Source: Vicinamibacterales bacterium (GTDB lineage Bacteria; Acidobacteriota; Vicinamibacteria; Vicinamibacterales; SCN-69-37). From it: a DNA stretch of 64,000 nucleotides. Below, piece by piece: positions 18,783-28,867 of the stretch (positions within the stretch are counted from its first letter, which is position 1; every line of letters begins with the position of its first letter). The notes under the pieces are model-generated. The model did no database searches. It was not told where the DNA came from and worked only from the letters and a program-made list of their open reading frames with translations. Where the stretch lies: positions 610-64,609 of the forward strand of contig DATIWF010000068.1 in the NCBI GenBank assembly GCA_035519535.1, read 5' to 3'. The position numbers and the translations under genes are program-made.

Positions 18783-19349
18783 TTACATGAAGCGGCTGCC
18801 GAGGCCCGCACCGGCCAAACCCATGAAACCGACGATGGCCATGATGATCCACATGATCACCATCGCGATGACGCAGACGATGACGGCCTTCATCGTGTCG
18901 TCGTACTCGAGGGCCTGCTTCACGCCGATGACGAGCGCGATCAGCTGCCAGATGGCCAGGCCCAGGCCGATCAGGAGGCCGAGGATCGGGATCACCACCA
19001 GAATGCCGAAGAGTCCAGGCGAGGCGGCGAACCCGCTTACGCGCAGCAGCTGGCCCCAGTCGGCTTGCGTGTTCTTGCCGGGCATGAGCTTGGTGCCGAC
19101 GTAGAACAGCACGTAGGAGCCGACCGCCCACGCGATTGGCGCGAGAACGAGCGAGAGCACGAAGGCCGTCAAGCCGGCGCCGAAACCCAGCGCGCCCAGC
19201 CAGATGAGCCCGGGCAGCGCGCGCGAGACCGCCGCGGCCACCACCACGGTCGCCGCCTGCTGCGTCGCGGTCGCGTCGTTCTCGACTTCTTCAAACGTCG
19301 ATGCCTGAAGCTTCAATGCGCCAATCACACGATCCTGGAAGCTCGCCAT
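18783..19349 (-). CDS. Yip1 domain membrane protein
   Basis: Soluble N-terminus (FQDRVIGALKLQASTFEEVEND) followed by five hydrophobic helices. Typical bacterial Yip1 layout. Confidence 0.7.
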   Translation of the reverse strand: MASFQDRVIGALKLQASTFEEVENDATATQQAATVVVAAAVSRALPGLIWLGALGFGAGLTAFVLSLVLAPIAWAVGSYVLFYVGTKLMPGKNTQADWGQLLRVSGFAASPGLFGILVVIPILGLLIGLGLAIWQLIALVIGVKQALEYDDTMKAVIVCVIAMVIMWIIMAIVGFMGLAGAGLGSRFM

Positions 19350-19454
19350 AGGACCTCCGGAAGGATGTCGTCCGGGGACATTCTACGTGTACCAAAGCGC
19401 ACAACGATGCGGACTTTTCATCAGGCGGTCGTAAACGGACTGCTACACTGTGGC

Positions 19455-21491
19455 ATGGCTGAGTCCCCGGTCGCCCCGCCGCGCTCCTGGGGTCGATCCA
19501 CCGTCCAGACCGCGTGCCCGCTCGATTGCCCGGACTCGTGCAGCCTCGACGTCACCGTCGAGCGCGGCAGGCTGCTCCGGATTGACGGCAGCCGCCGCGC
19601 GGTCTCGACCGAGGGGTACATCTGCGGCAAGGTCCGGCGCTTCGACCGGCGCGTGTATCACGACGACCGGCTGCTCCACCCGGCCATCCGCAAGGGCCCC
19701 AAGGGCAAGGCGGCGTTCGAGCGCGTGACGTGGGATGAAGCCCTCGACCTGATTGCGGCGCGGATGCGCCACGCGCGCGACGCCTTCGGCGCCGAGTCGG
19801 TGCTGCCCTTCAACTACGGCGGGTCGAACGGCCTGCTCACGCACCAGCTGGAGGACGCGCGCCTCTTCAGGCGATTCGGGGCCTCGCGGCTGGATCGCAC
19901 GCTCTGCGCGGCGCCCACCGGCCTGGCGGCGACGTCGATGTACGGCAAGATGGCCGGCGTCGCCTATCCCGATTTCGAGGCGGCCCGGCTCATCGTCGTG
20001 TGGGGCTGCAACCCGTCGGCGACCGGAATCCATCTCGTCTCGCACATCAACAAGGCTCAGAAGCAGGGCGCGCGGGTCGTCGTGATCGATCCGCGACGGA
20101 CGCCGCTCGCGCGGCACGCGGATCTGCACCTCGCGTTGCGTCCGGGCACGGACCTGCCCGTGGCGCTGGCCATCATCAACGACCTTTTCGAGCGCGGCCG
20201 GGCCGACGAGGCCTTTCTCGCGGCGCATACGACCGGAGTGGACGAGCTGCGCCGGGCCGCGCGCGACTGGTCGATCGATCGCGCGGCGGCCGAAGCCGGT
20301 CTCGCCGCCGAAGACCTGCGCACGGTGGCCGAGTGGTACGGCACGATCTCTCCGGCGTTGATCCGCTGCGGCTGGGGTCAGGAGCGCAACCGCAACGGGT
20401 GCGCCTCGACCATGGCGATCCTCGCGCTGCCGGCGGTCGGCGGCAAGTTCGGCGTCCGCGGCGGCGGCTACACGATGAGCAACTCGGCCGCCTGGGGCGT
20501 CAAATCCGACCAGCTGATCGACGTGCCCGAGCCGTCCACGCGCCTCGTCAACATGAATCGCCTGGGGCGGGCGCTCACCGAGGATCCGGATCCGCCGATC
20601 TCGGTCCTCTTCGTCTACAACTGCAATCCGCTCTCGACCGTTCCGGATCAGAACCTCGTGCGGCGCGGCCTGGCGCGCGAGGATCTGTTCACCGTGGTCT
20701 TCGAGCAGATCATGACGGACACGACCGCGTACGCCGACGTCGTGCTGCCGGCGACGACGTTCCTCGAACACTACGACATCGCGAAGGGCTACGGCGCGTA
20801 TCACCTGCAGGTGGTGCAGCCGGTGATCGCGGCCGCGGGCGAAGCGCGGCCGAACCACGAGGTGTTCCGCGAGCTGGGGGAACGCCTCGGCCTCGCCGAG
20901 GCGTCGGACGAGTGCGGTGAAGCGGGCGCCTTGATGGAGACGCTGCCGCGCCTGCCGGAGGCACTGGCCGGACCGCTCAGCGACGGCCGGCCCGCGCCGG
21001 GGCCGGCGGACGGACGGCCGATTCAGTTCGTGGACGTCCTGCCGAAGACGCCCGACCAGAAGGCGCATCTCTACCCGCCGGAGCTTGCCGCGAGCCACGC
21101 GCTGTATCACTACGTGCCGGACCCGCGGACCGGGGCGCACCCGCTCGCGCTGATCTCGCCCGCGAGCGAGCACACGATCTCATCGACCCTCGGCGAACTC
21201 CGCCCCGGCATCGCGCGGCTGAAGATTCATCCGCAGGACGCGCAGGTCCGGTCGATTGCGGAGGGCGATACCATTCGGGTCTTCAACGAACTCGGTGAGG
21301 TGCACTGCGAGGCGTCGGTCACGCCCGAGATCCGTCCGGGCGCCGTGTCGCTGCCGAAGGGCCTGTGGTCGCGGAGCACGCTCAACGGCGCGACCGCCAC
21401 CGCGCTCGCACCCGACGCGCTCGAGGGTCTCTCGGGCGGCGCATGCTTCAACGACGCGAGAGTGCAGGTGGAGCTGCTCGCGCGCCACTGA
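19455..21491 (+). CDS. cytoplasmic molybdopterin (bis-MGD) oxidoreductase with N-terminal 4Fe-4S motif
   Basis: In-frame ATG. CPLDCPDSCSLDV...GYICGKV cluster motif, then molybdopterin oxidoreductase and C-terminal dinucleotide-binding (barrel) regions. No Tat signal. Confidence 0.85.
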   Translation: MAESPVAPPRSWGRSTVQTACPLDCPDSCSLDVTVERGRLLRIDGSRRAVSTEGYICGKVRRFDRRVYHDDRLLHPAIRKGPKGKAAFERVTWDEALDLIAARMRHARDAFGAESVLPFNYGGSNGLLTHQLEDARLFRRFGASRLDRTLCAAPTGLAATSMYGKMAGVAYPDFEAARLIVVWGCNPSATGIHLVSHINKAQKQGARVVVIDPRRTPLARHADLHLALRPGTDLPVALAIINDLFERGRADEAFLAAHTTGVDELRRAARDWSIDRAAAEAGLAAEDLRTVAEWYGTISPALIRCGWGQERNRNGCASTMAILALPAVGGKFGVRGGGYTMSNSAAWGVKSDQLIDVPEPSTRLVNMNRLGRALTEDPDPPISVLFVYNCNPLSTVPDQNLVRRGLAREDLFTVVFEQIMTDTTAYADVVLPATTFLEHYDIAKGYGAYHLQVVQPVIAAAGEARPNHEVFRELGERLGLAEASDECGEAGALMETLPRLPEALAGPLSDGRPAPGPADGRPIQFVDVLPKTPDQKAHLYPPELAASHALYHYVPDPRTGAHPLALISPASEHTISSTLGELRPGIARLKIHPQDAQVRSIAEGDTIRVFNELGEVHCEASVTPEIRPGAVSLPKGLWSRSTLNGATATALAPDALEGLSGGACFNDARVQVELLARH

Positions 21492-21506
21492 CGCTGGCGC
21501 GAGGCA

Positions 21507-21767
21507 GGCTGCATGCTCCATGCTGGGTGCTGAGTGCTAGGTCCTGGGTGCTGGGTGCGTCTGCTAGGTGCTCGTGCGGCGACGACCGGCTTCCTCTGCG
21601 GCAGCCGCTCCTAGAGCGCTGACGCAGGCTCGAAGCACCGAGCGCAGCGAGGAGCACCGCCGATACCGCACCGGCACTTCGCGCGCGCACCGCGCACCAA
21701 GCACCGCGCACCAAGCACTCAGCACCCAGCACCGAGCACCGAGCACTGAGCACCAAGGCATGCAGCC
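21507..21767. repeat. long imperfect inverted repeat with 7-nt periodic arms (TGGGTGC-type / GCACCNA-type heptads), ~110-bp centre
   Basis: Left arm ~21507-21579 starts GGCTGCATGC. Right arm ~21686-21767 ends GCATGCAGCC. The element fills the convergent gap between the Mo-oxidoreductase stop (21491) and the amidase stop (21768). Confidence 0.7.
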
Positions 21768-23531
21768 CTATTTCCCCGTCAGCGCCGGCGGCACGCGCTT
21801 CTTCGTGGCCTGCTCGAACGCATACGCGATCTGAAAGAGCTTCGGCTCGCTGCACGCGAGGCCCACGAACGCCGCGCTGTACGGTGTCGGCTTCGGCGTG
21901 AAGCCGGCCGGGAAGGGATTGGCTCCGCCCCCGCCGCCTCCCCCGCCGCCCGGCGTCAGGCCGATCGGGACAACGATCTCCGGGAATCCCGGACGCGAGG
22001 CCAGATTCGAGATCGCCCAGCCGGGGAACATCAGGGCGTCGACCTTGTTGTCTTCAATCGCGGCCGTGAAACCGCGGTCGCCGGCAAGCGCGAGGTCGCG
22101 CGCGCGGTCGGCTTCGTAGCGGGCGCGATCCTGCGCGACGTCCATCTCGTCCGAGATGTCGAGATTGCTCTGGCCGTATTTGATCGCGCCGGCGCGCGCG
22201 TGTGCGGTGTTCCACTCGCGCAACTCGGTCAGCGACTTCACCGGCGCCAGCGGGCCGAGCGACGCGAGATAGGCGTTGAAGTCGCGCTTCATGCCGTACT
22301 TCAGCACGACCGAGCAGTTCTCGTCCTTGCCCTTCGCGTTGTTGACGCCGGAACAGATCGGATACGAGAGGATGTTCTTCGTCGGATCCGCTTCGAGGAC
22401 CGTCGGCATGTTCGCCGGATCGACGACGATCGCGCCGCCGCGCTTGAGCACCTCGATGGCGTCGGCCATGAGCGTCGTCTGCGCGTCGGACAGCCCGCCG
22501 CGGCCCCCGCGGCCACGGCCGCCCGCAGCCGCCGCCGCGGGCGCTCCGGCCGGCTCGCCGGCGGCCGGAAGTCGATCGTAGTAGTACGCGCGCGGAATGC
22601 CGATGCGGACGCCGCGCAGCCCGTTCGGGGTCAGGAACTTCGTATAGTCGCGGCCCGGCGGCGGCGCGCAGCGCGAGGTGGCCGCGTCGGCGGGGTCGGG
22701 CGCGGCGCTTTCCAGCACGCCAAACAGCATCGCGGTGTCGGTGACCGTCCGCGCCATCGGGCCCGCGGTGTCCTGGTCGGCGGTGATCGGAATGATGCCG
22801 TGACGGCTGATGCGGCCCGTCGTCGGCCGCAGACCGACGAGCATCGTGAGCGCCGCCGGATTGACGACCGATCCCGCGGTGTCGGTGCCGACGTTCGCGG
22901 CCCAGAAATTCGCGGCCGTGCCGGCGCCCGAGCTCGATCCGCCCGTGCTCAGCACGGGCCCGCCGTCGCTCGACGGGCGCGGGTCGCGCCGCGGGTCGTA
23001 CGGATTGAACGCGAACCCGCCGACGGCGCTGTAGTTGCCGGGCATCGGCGTCGGCGCGCCGGAGACCCAGTTGGCGAGCTCGGTGAGGACCGTCTTGGCG
23101 ATGATCACGGCGCCGGCGTCGCGCAGGTTCCTGGTCAGCGTCGCGTCGAACGGCGGCGTGAAGTTCGCAAACGCCAGCGCGCCGCCGGTCGTCGGCATGT
23201 CATTGGTGTGGATGTTGTCCTTGAGCGCGATCGGGATGCCGTGGAGCGGGCCGCGGACGTGGCCTTGCTCGCGCTCGCGGTCCCGCGCGTCGGCCTCCTC
23301 GAGCGCCCGCGGATTGATCGAGATCGCCGCGTTGATCCGCTTGTCGTAGAGCGCGATCCGGTTGAGGTACTGCGTCACGAGCTCGCGCGACGTGACCCGA
23401 TGCTCCTGCATCGCGCGCTGCATGTCGGGGATCGTCGCCTCGACGACCGAGAAGGTCGGAACGCGCGGCTGGGCCTGCGGCCACACGGACGCGGCGGCCG
23501 CCACGACCACCGGAAGCACCAGGTGTCGCAT
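21768..23531 (-). CDS. amidase (amidase-signature family), secreted
   Basis: Signal peptide. GIPIALKDN (catalytic Lys region) and GGSSSGAGTA amidase-signature motif. Confidence 0.9.
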   Translation of the reverse strand: MRHLVLPVVVAAAASVWPQAQPRVPTFSVVEATIPDMQRAMQEHRVTSRELVTQYLNRIALYDKRINAAISINPRALEEADARDREREQGHVRGPLHGIPIALKDNIHTNDMPTTGGALAFANFTPPFDATLTRNLRDAGAVIIAKTVLTELANWVSGAPTPMPGNYSAVGGFAFNPYDPRRDPRPSSDGGPVLSTGGSSSGAGTAANFWAANVGTDTAGSVVNPAALTMLVGLRPTTGRISRHGIIPITADQDTAGPMARTVTDTAMLFGVLESAAPDPADAATSRCAPPPGRDYTKFLTPNGLRGVRIGIPRAYYYDRLPAAGEPAGAPAAAAAGGRGRGGRGGLSDAQTTLMADAIEVLKRGGAIVVDPANMPTVLEADPTKNILSYPICSGVNNAKGKDENCSVVLKYGMKRDFNAYLASLGPLAPVKSLTELREWNTAHARAGAIKYGQSNLDISDEMDVAQDRARYEADRARDLALAGDRGFTAAIEDNKVDALMFPGWAISNLASRPGFPEIVVPIGLTPGGGGGGGGGANPFPAGFTPKPTPYSAAFVGLACSEPKLFQIAYAFEQATKKRVPPALTGK

Positions 23532-23592
23532 GGCGACAGCCTAGCACTGCGCAGTATCCTTGGCGCGCGATTTGTCCTCGAGGAGCACGCCC

Positions 23593-24765
23593 ATGCGTCA
23601 GATCACACGGCGGGCCGCGCTGGCGGGGCTCGCGGCGGCGGCCGTCGGCGCGCCGGCCGTCCTGCGCCGGCGCTTTCGCCTGTTCGCCCAGTCATCCACG
23701 GAGTACTCCGCGCGCGCGATCCGGCTGGTCCAGGAGACGACCGTCGTGGACCTGCTCAACCAGTTCCGCTTCCCGAACTTCACCGAACAACGGCCGCCCA
23801 AGAGCGATGTCTGGCTCGGGCGGCCCGGCACGTTCACCCAGGCGGACTGGGACGTGTACCGCTCGTCGGGCATCAACGTCCTGGCTCTGGGCGACGGCGC
23901 CGCCGATTACGACGACGGCCTGCTGTTCTTCGCCCGCTGGAACGGCTTTCTCGCGGGCTACTCCGACTGGTTCACGCGCATCGACGACACGAGCGACTTC
24001 GCGCGCGCGCGGGCGCAGCACAAGGTCGGCGTGATGCTGACCTTCCAGGACTCGATCCATTTCCGCACGCCCGCCGACGTGGACACGTTCTGGGGCCTCG
24101 GCCAGCGCATCTCGCAGCTCACCTACAACTTCAACAACCGCATCGGCAGCGGGTTCCTCGAGGAGCGCGACGGCGGCTTGTCCGTGTTCGGCCGGTCCAT
24201 CATGGCGCGCATGCAGCAGGCCGGCATGGGCGTCGACCTCTCCCACTGCGGCGATCAGACGACGCTCGACGCGCTCGAGACCGCCACACGACCGGTCATC
24301 TTCACGCACGCGACCTGCCGCGCGCTCCTTCCCGGCGCGCTGCGCTGCAAGACCGACGAGATGATCCAGAAATTGGCGAAGACCGGCGGCGTCATGGGGA
24401 TCGACTTCATCAGGTTCATGGACCGCGACCAGGAGCCCGTGACGATCGAGCACGTGCTCGATCACTTCGATCACGTCCGGCAGCTCGTCGGCGTCGAGCA
24501 CCTGGCCGTCGGCAGCGATCTCGACATGGTCGGCGCGCCCAACCCGATCGGCGGAGGGTCCGATCCGCGGCGGCAGCCGAACTTCGCGCGCTACAAGTAC
24601 CACGAGGCCGCGGACGGATCGATCACCGTGAAGGGCCTCGACCACCCGAAACGGATGTTCGACCTCACCGAGGGCCTCATCCGCCGCGGCTACGCCGACG
24701 CCGACATCCAGAACATCCTCGGCGGCAACGCGATACGCGTGCTCGGCACGATCTGGCCGGCCTGA
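23593..24765 (+). CDS. membrane dipeptidase (peptidase M19) with Tat-type signal
   Basis: GAGGAG upstream of the in-frame ATG. MRQITRRAALAGLAAAA twin-arginine leader. M19-like blocks (VVDLLNQF, ISQLTYNFNNRIGSG, DLSHCG, PVIFTHA, GSDLD). Confidence 0.8.
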   Translation: MRQITRRAALAGLAAAAVGAPAVLRRRFRLFAQSSTEYSARAIRLVQETTVVDLLNQFRFPNFTEQRPPKSDVWLGRPGTFTQADWDVYRSSGINVLALGDGAADYDDGLLFFARWNGFLAGYSDWFTRIDDTSDFARARAQHKVGVMLTFQDSIHFRTPADVDTFWGLGQRISQLTYNFNNRIGSGFLEERDGGLSVFGRSIMARMQQAGMGVDLSHCGDQTTLDALETATRPVIFTHATCRALLPGALRCKTDEMIQKLAKTGGVMGIDFIRFMDRDQEPVTIEHVLDHFDHVRQLVGVEHLAVGSDLDMVGAPNPIGGGSDPRRQPNFARYKYHEAADGSITVKGLDHPKRMFDLTEGLIRRGYADADIQNILGGNAIRVLGTIWPA

Positions 24766-24795
24766 GGGCGCCCGTGACGCCGGCGGCCGCGCGAA

Positions 24796-25782
24796 TCACC
24801 GCGGCCGCGTCGCCTCGGCGAGCTTCGGGTCCACGCGCCAGACCGCGCCCGGCGTGGCGCCGATCCACAGCGCGCCCTGCCCGAACGCCACGACCCCGCC
24901 GCTCTCGCCGGTGAACTGCTGGACCACGTGATTCGTCCGGGGATCGATGCGCGTCAGCGGCGCGCCGAGGCGGCTCACCCACACGGAGCCGGCGCCGATC
25001 GCGATCTGGCCGGGCGCGCCGGCGCTGCCGATCTGAATCGTGTTGGCGACCTTGTTCGTCTTCGGATCGACGCGCGAGACGCTGCCGGCCTCCTGATTCA
25101 ACACCCAGATGGCGCCCTCGCCCACCGCGACAGCGGACGGGCCCTTGCCGACCTTGATCGTCTCGACGATGAGGTTGGTGTAGGGATCGAGGCGCGTCAG
25201 GAGATCGCGCGCGCCGCTCGTCACCCAGAGCGCGTCCAGACCGGCGGCGAGCGCGTTGGCGCCCGGCGCGAGGTAGATCTCGGCGACCGGCGCGTTGTTC
25301 GCCGGGTCGATCCGCACCAGCGTGCCCTTCGGGTCGGTCACGAGCCAGATGCTGCCCACGCTCGTCGAGAGCGCCGTCAGATCGCCGGCCAGTCTCGACG
25401 GGAACGTCGCCGCCACGGCGTCGGTCTTGACGTCCAGACGGGCGACGGCCGCCTGCCCGCAAAGCGGCGCCCACACGCTGCCAAAGGCGGACACGAGACC
25501 GCCGCATGGCTCCTTGCCAACGGCGATCGTCTTGCTGATCGTGTTGGCCTTCGGGTCGATGCGGGCGATCGATCCGGCTTCGCGGCTCGCGACCCAGACG
25601 GCGTTCCCGGCCACAAGAATGGCGCGCCGGCCGCTGACCTCGAAGGTGGCGTCAGGCCTGATCGCACTGAGGGGCATCCGCCAGGCGGGCGGCGCGGGCT
25701 TGTCCGGGGACGGTCGAGGAGACTGGAACGGGCCGCCACTCGCCAATACCACGACAGTCAACAAGTTGCCGACGATCCGCAT
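24796..25782 (-). CDS. seven-bladed beta-propeller repeat protein (YncE/Vgb-like), secreted
   Basis: About seven repeats of the pattern V-R(I/L/V)DP-TN-V--TI-VG--P-..-G-G-(I/V)WV. Confidence 0.6.
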   Translation of the reverse strand: MRIVGNLLTVVVLASGGPFQSPRPSPDKPAPPAWRMPLSAIRPDATFEVSGRRAILVAGNAVWVASREAGSIARIDPKANTISKTIAVGKEPCGGLVSAFGSVWAPLCGQAAVARLDVKTDAVAATFPSRLAGDLTALSTSVGSIWLVTDPKGTLVRIDPANNAPVAEIYLAPGANALAAGLDALWVTSGARDLLTRLDPYTNLIVETIKVGKGPSAVAVGEGAIWVLNQEAGSVSRVDPKTNKVANTIQIGSAGAPGQIAIGAGSVWVSRLGAPLTRIDPRTNHVVQQFTGESGGVVAFGQGALWIGATPGAVWRVDPKLAEATRPR

Positions 25783-25817
25783 GCGCCGTCATAATACCGG
25801 CTACGGTGCCACGTCGC

Positions 25818-28800
25818 ATGCGGTTCCTCGGGCGCTTCGGCCCGCGCGTTCTTGGTGCGGCCGGTCTGGCGTTGGCGCTGACGTCGGCCGTCGCGGCTCG
25901 TCAGGCCGCGCAGACGCCGGGCCAGTCGGGGGACTTCTTCGAAAGCCGCATCCGGCCCATCCTCGCGGCCAACTGCTTCGATTGCCACACGACCGACAAG
26001 AAGGGCGGCCTGCGTCTCGATTCGCGCGAGGCGATCCTCGAGGGCGGCGAGTCGGGTCCGGCGATGGTCCCCGGCAAGCCCGATGACAGCCTGATGATCC
26101 AGGCGGTTCGCCAGATCGCGGGCGCGCCGAAGATGCCGTACGGCCGGGCGAAGCTGAAGGCCGAGGACATCGATGCGCTGGCGGAGTGGGTGCGCAGCGG
26201 CGCGCCGTGGCCCGCGAGCGCGACCACGGCGGCGAACCCGGCGCCCGTCGCGTCTCACCGGCCGGCGATCACCGCCGAGCAGCGCGGGTTCTGGTCGTTC
26301 CAGCCGCTCGCCCGGACGGTCGTGCCGACGGTGCGCGACGCCGGGTGGGCGCGCAATGACGTCGACCGCTTCGTGCTCGCGCGGCTCGAACGCGAGGGGC
26401 TGCGGCCCGTGGCCCCAGCCGACAAGCTCACCCTCATTCGCCGCGCCACGCTCGACCTCACAGGCCTGCCGCCGACCCCCGAGGAGGTCGACGCGTTCCT
26501 CAAGGACTCCTCGCCGACCGCGTTTGCGAAGGTCGTCGATCGCCTGCTCGCGTCGCCGCAGTACGGCGAGGCGTGGGGCCGGCTGTGGCTCGACGTCGCG
26601 CGCTACGGCGAGGACGACTACCGCAGCCTCGATCCGAAGGGCCGCGGCTACAACCCGTATCCGAACGCGTACCTCTATCGCGACTGGGTCGTGAAGGCCT
26701 TCAACGACGACCTGCCCTACGACCAGTTCGTGCGGGCGCAGCTCGCCGACGATTTGGTCGACGACGGATCGCGCGTGCGGAATCTTCCGGCGCTGGGATT
26801 CCTGGGGCTTGGCCCGTGGTACTACGACAACGGCGCGGTCGAGATCACGCATGCCGACGAGCGCAACGACCGCGTCGACGTCGTGGGCCGCGGTCTGCTG
26901 GGCCTGACGGTCGCGTGCGCGCGCTGCCACGACCACAAGTACGACCCGATTCCGACGAGCGACTACTACGCGATGGCCGGCGTGTTCCTGAACACCGAGT
27001 ACCACGAGTATCCGCTGGCGCCGAAGGCCGTCGTGGACGAGTACAAGGCGGACGCGAAGAAGATCGAGAAGAAGGAGGAGTTGCTCGACGACTACCTGGA
27101 GAAGGAGTCCGACCAGCTCGCCGAGACGCTGGTCTTCCAGGCGTCGAAATACATGCAGGCGGCCTGGCAGGTCACCGGAGAGCCCAAGAAGGACAAGGCC
27201 CGCCTCATCGAGGCCGAGAAGCTCGATTACGAACTGTTCGACCGCTGGCTGCGCTTCCTCGAGAAGCCGCCGGCCTTCTACCCGTACCTCGTGCCCTGGC
27301 AGACGATGATCAAGCGCGGCGGCACGAAGGCCGAGGCGAAGACGCTCGCCGACGATTTCCAGGCGACGCTCGTCGATGTTCTGCTCGCGTCGAAGGCGAT
27401 CAAGGAAGAGAACGACGTCATCCGCGCGAAGGCGCTGCCCAGCACGAAGAAGAAGGAACGGGCCAATCTGCCGAATGAGTTCATCACGAACGACGACTTC
27501 TGCCCGGGCTGCGGCCTCGAGCTGAAGAGCCTGCCGGCCGAGCAGAACAGCCTGTGGACCGACGTCTTTCAGCGCGACCTCAACAGCGCGCCGGTCCCGG
27601 GGCAGGATCCGAAGCCCGCGCTCCTCGCCTTCTCGGGCTGGGGCCTCGAGCGCCAGCTCGGCGCGGATCAACGCACGCTGATTCAGGCCCTGCGCGACGA
27701 CATCGACGCGATGGCAAAGGCGCTGCCCGAGAAGTACGCCTACGTCCACGGCGTGCAGGACGCCGCGACGATCGCGCAGCCGCGCATCAACCTGCGCGGC
27801 AGCCCGTATCGCCTCGGCGACGAGGTCCCGCGCGGCTTCCTGACCGTGCTGAGCGGCGACGAGCCGCGCGCGTTCACCCAGGGCAGCGGCCGCCTCCAGC
27901 TCGCGGATGCCATCCTCGAACAGCCGATTGCGATGCGCGTCATCGTCAACCGGATCTGGAAAGGCCACTTCGGCACGGGCATCGTCGACACGCCCAGCAA
28001 CTTCGGCGTCACCGGCGAGCGGCCGACCAACCCGGAGCTGATCGACTACCTCGCGCGCTACTTCGTTGATCACAAGCTGTCGATCAAGGCGCTGCACCGC
28101 GAGATCATGCTGAGCGCGACCTACCAGCTCGGGACCGCGACCGTGGCCGCGAACATGGAGAAAGACGCGGGCAATCGCCTGTACTGGCGCGCGAACGAAC
28201 GGCGGATGACCGCCGAGCAGATTCGCGACTCCGTGCTGTTCGTCGCGGGCACGCTCGACACGAAGATGGGCGGGCCCTCGGCGCCGCTCACGCCGTACGA
28301 CACGCGCCGCACGATCTACGGCCGCGTCAGCCGCTACAAGCTGGACGAGTACCTGCAGCTCTTCGACTTCCCGAGCGCAAGCCAGAGCGCCGAGAAGCGC
28401 TTCTCGACGAACGTCCCGCTGCAACGGCTCTTCTTCATGAACAGCGACTTCATGCAGCAGCAGGCCGAGCACCTGGCCGAGCGCGTCGCCGCCGAGCCGA
28501 CCGACGAGGCGCGGATCCAGAAGGCCTACCGGCTCATCTTCGGCCGCGCGGCCACCCCAGCCGAGGTCGCCGCGGGCCGGGAGTTCCTCGCGAACGAACC
28601 CATGCGCCAATACGAAGACAAGAAGGCCGAAGCGGACAAGGCCAAGATGGACGCGGCGAAAAAAGACGAGGCCGCGAAGAAGGACGACGGCGCCACGAAG
28701 GACGACGCGCCCGCAGCTGCGCCTCCGGCTGACGGCATGATGGCCGGCGTCAAGCCCGGCGCCGGCGTTGAAGGCGACGCGTCGAAGAAACTGCCGGTGA

Positions 28801-28862
28801 CCACGTTCGGCCGGTATTTGAAGTTGCTGCTGAGCTCGAACGAGTTCATCTTTATCAGCTGA
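25818..28862 (+). CDS. PSCyt1/PSCyt2(DUF1549)/PSD1(DUF1553) planctomycete-type cytochrome c domain protein
   Basis: Signal peptide, CFDCHT heme-binding CxxCH, DUF1549 block LIRRATLDLTGLPPTPEEVDAFL, CARCHDHKYDPI, and a C-terminal DUF1553-like region. Confidence 0.85.
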   Translation: MRFLGRFGPRVLGAAGLALALTSAVAARQAAQTPGQSGDFFESRIRPILAANCFDCHTTDKKGGLRLDSREAILEGGESGPAMVPGKPDDSLMIQAVRQIAGAPKMPYGRAKLKAEDIDALAEWVRSGAPWPASATTAANPAPVASHRPAITAEQRGFWSFQPLARTVVPTVRDAGWARNDVDRFVLARLEREGLRPVAPADKLTLIRRATLDLTGLPPTPEEVDAFLKDSSPTAFAKVVDRLLASPQYGEAWGRLWLDVARYGEDDYRSLDPKGRGYNPYPNAYLYRDWVVKAFNDDLPYDQFVRAQLADDLVDDGSRVRNLPALGFLGLGPWYYDNGAVEITHADERNDRVDVVGRGLLGLTVACARCHDHKYDPIPTSDYYAMAGVFLNTEYHEYPLAPKAVVDEYKADAKKIEKKEELLDDYLEKESDQLAETLVFQASKYMQAAWQVTGEPKKDKARLIEAEKLDYELFDRWLRFLEKPPAFYPYLVPWQTMIKRGGTKAEAKTLADDFQATLVDVLLASKAIKEENDVIRAKALPSTKKKERANLPNEFITNDDFCPGCGLELKSLPAEQNSLWTDVFQRDLNSAPVPGQDPKPALLAFSGWGLERQLGADQRTLIQALRDDIDAMAKALPEKYAYVHGVQDAATIAQPRINLRGSPYRLGDEVPRGFLTVLSGDEPRAFTQGSGRLQLADAILEQPIAMRVIVNRIWKGHFGTGIVDTPSNFGVTGERPTNPELIDYLARYFVDHKLSIKALHREIMLSATYQLGTATVAANMEKDAGNRLYWRANERRMTAEQIRDSVLFVAGTLDTKMGGPSAPLTPYDTRRTIYGRVSRYKLDEYLQLFDFPSASQSAEKRFSTNVPLQRLFFMNSDFMQQQAEHLAERVAAEPTDEARIQKAYRLIFGRAATPAEVAAGREFLANEPMRQYEDKKAEADKAKMDAAKKDEAAKKDDGATKDDAPAAAPPADGMMAGVKPGAGVEGDASKKLPVTTFGRYLKLLLSSNEFIFIS

Positions 28863-28867
28863 GTCCT

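Noticed and set aside
19455-21491. Selenocysteine or other recoding in the molybdopterin oxidoreductase.
   Set aside because: The frame is open throughout with no in-frame TGA, and an ordinary Cys-containing Fe-S motif is present.
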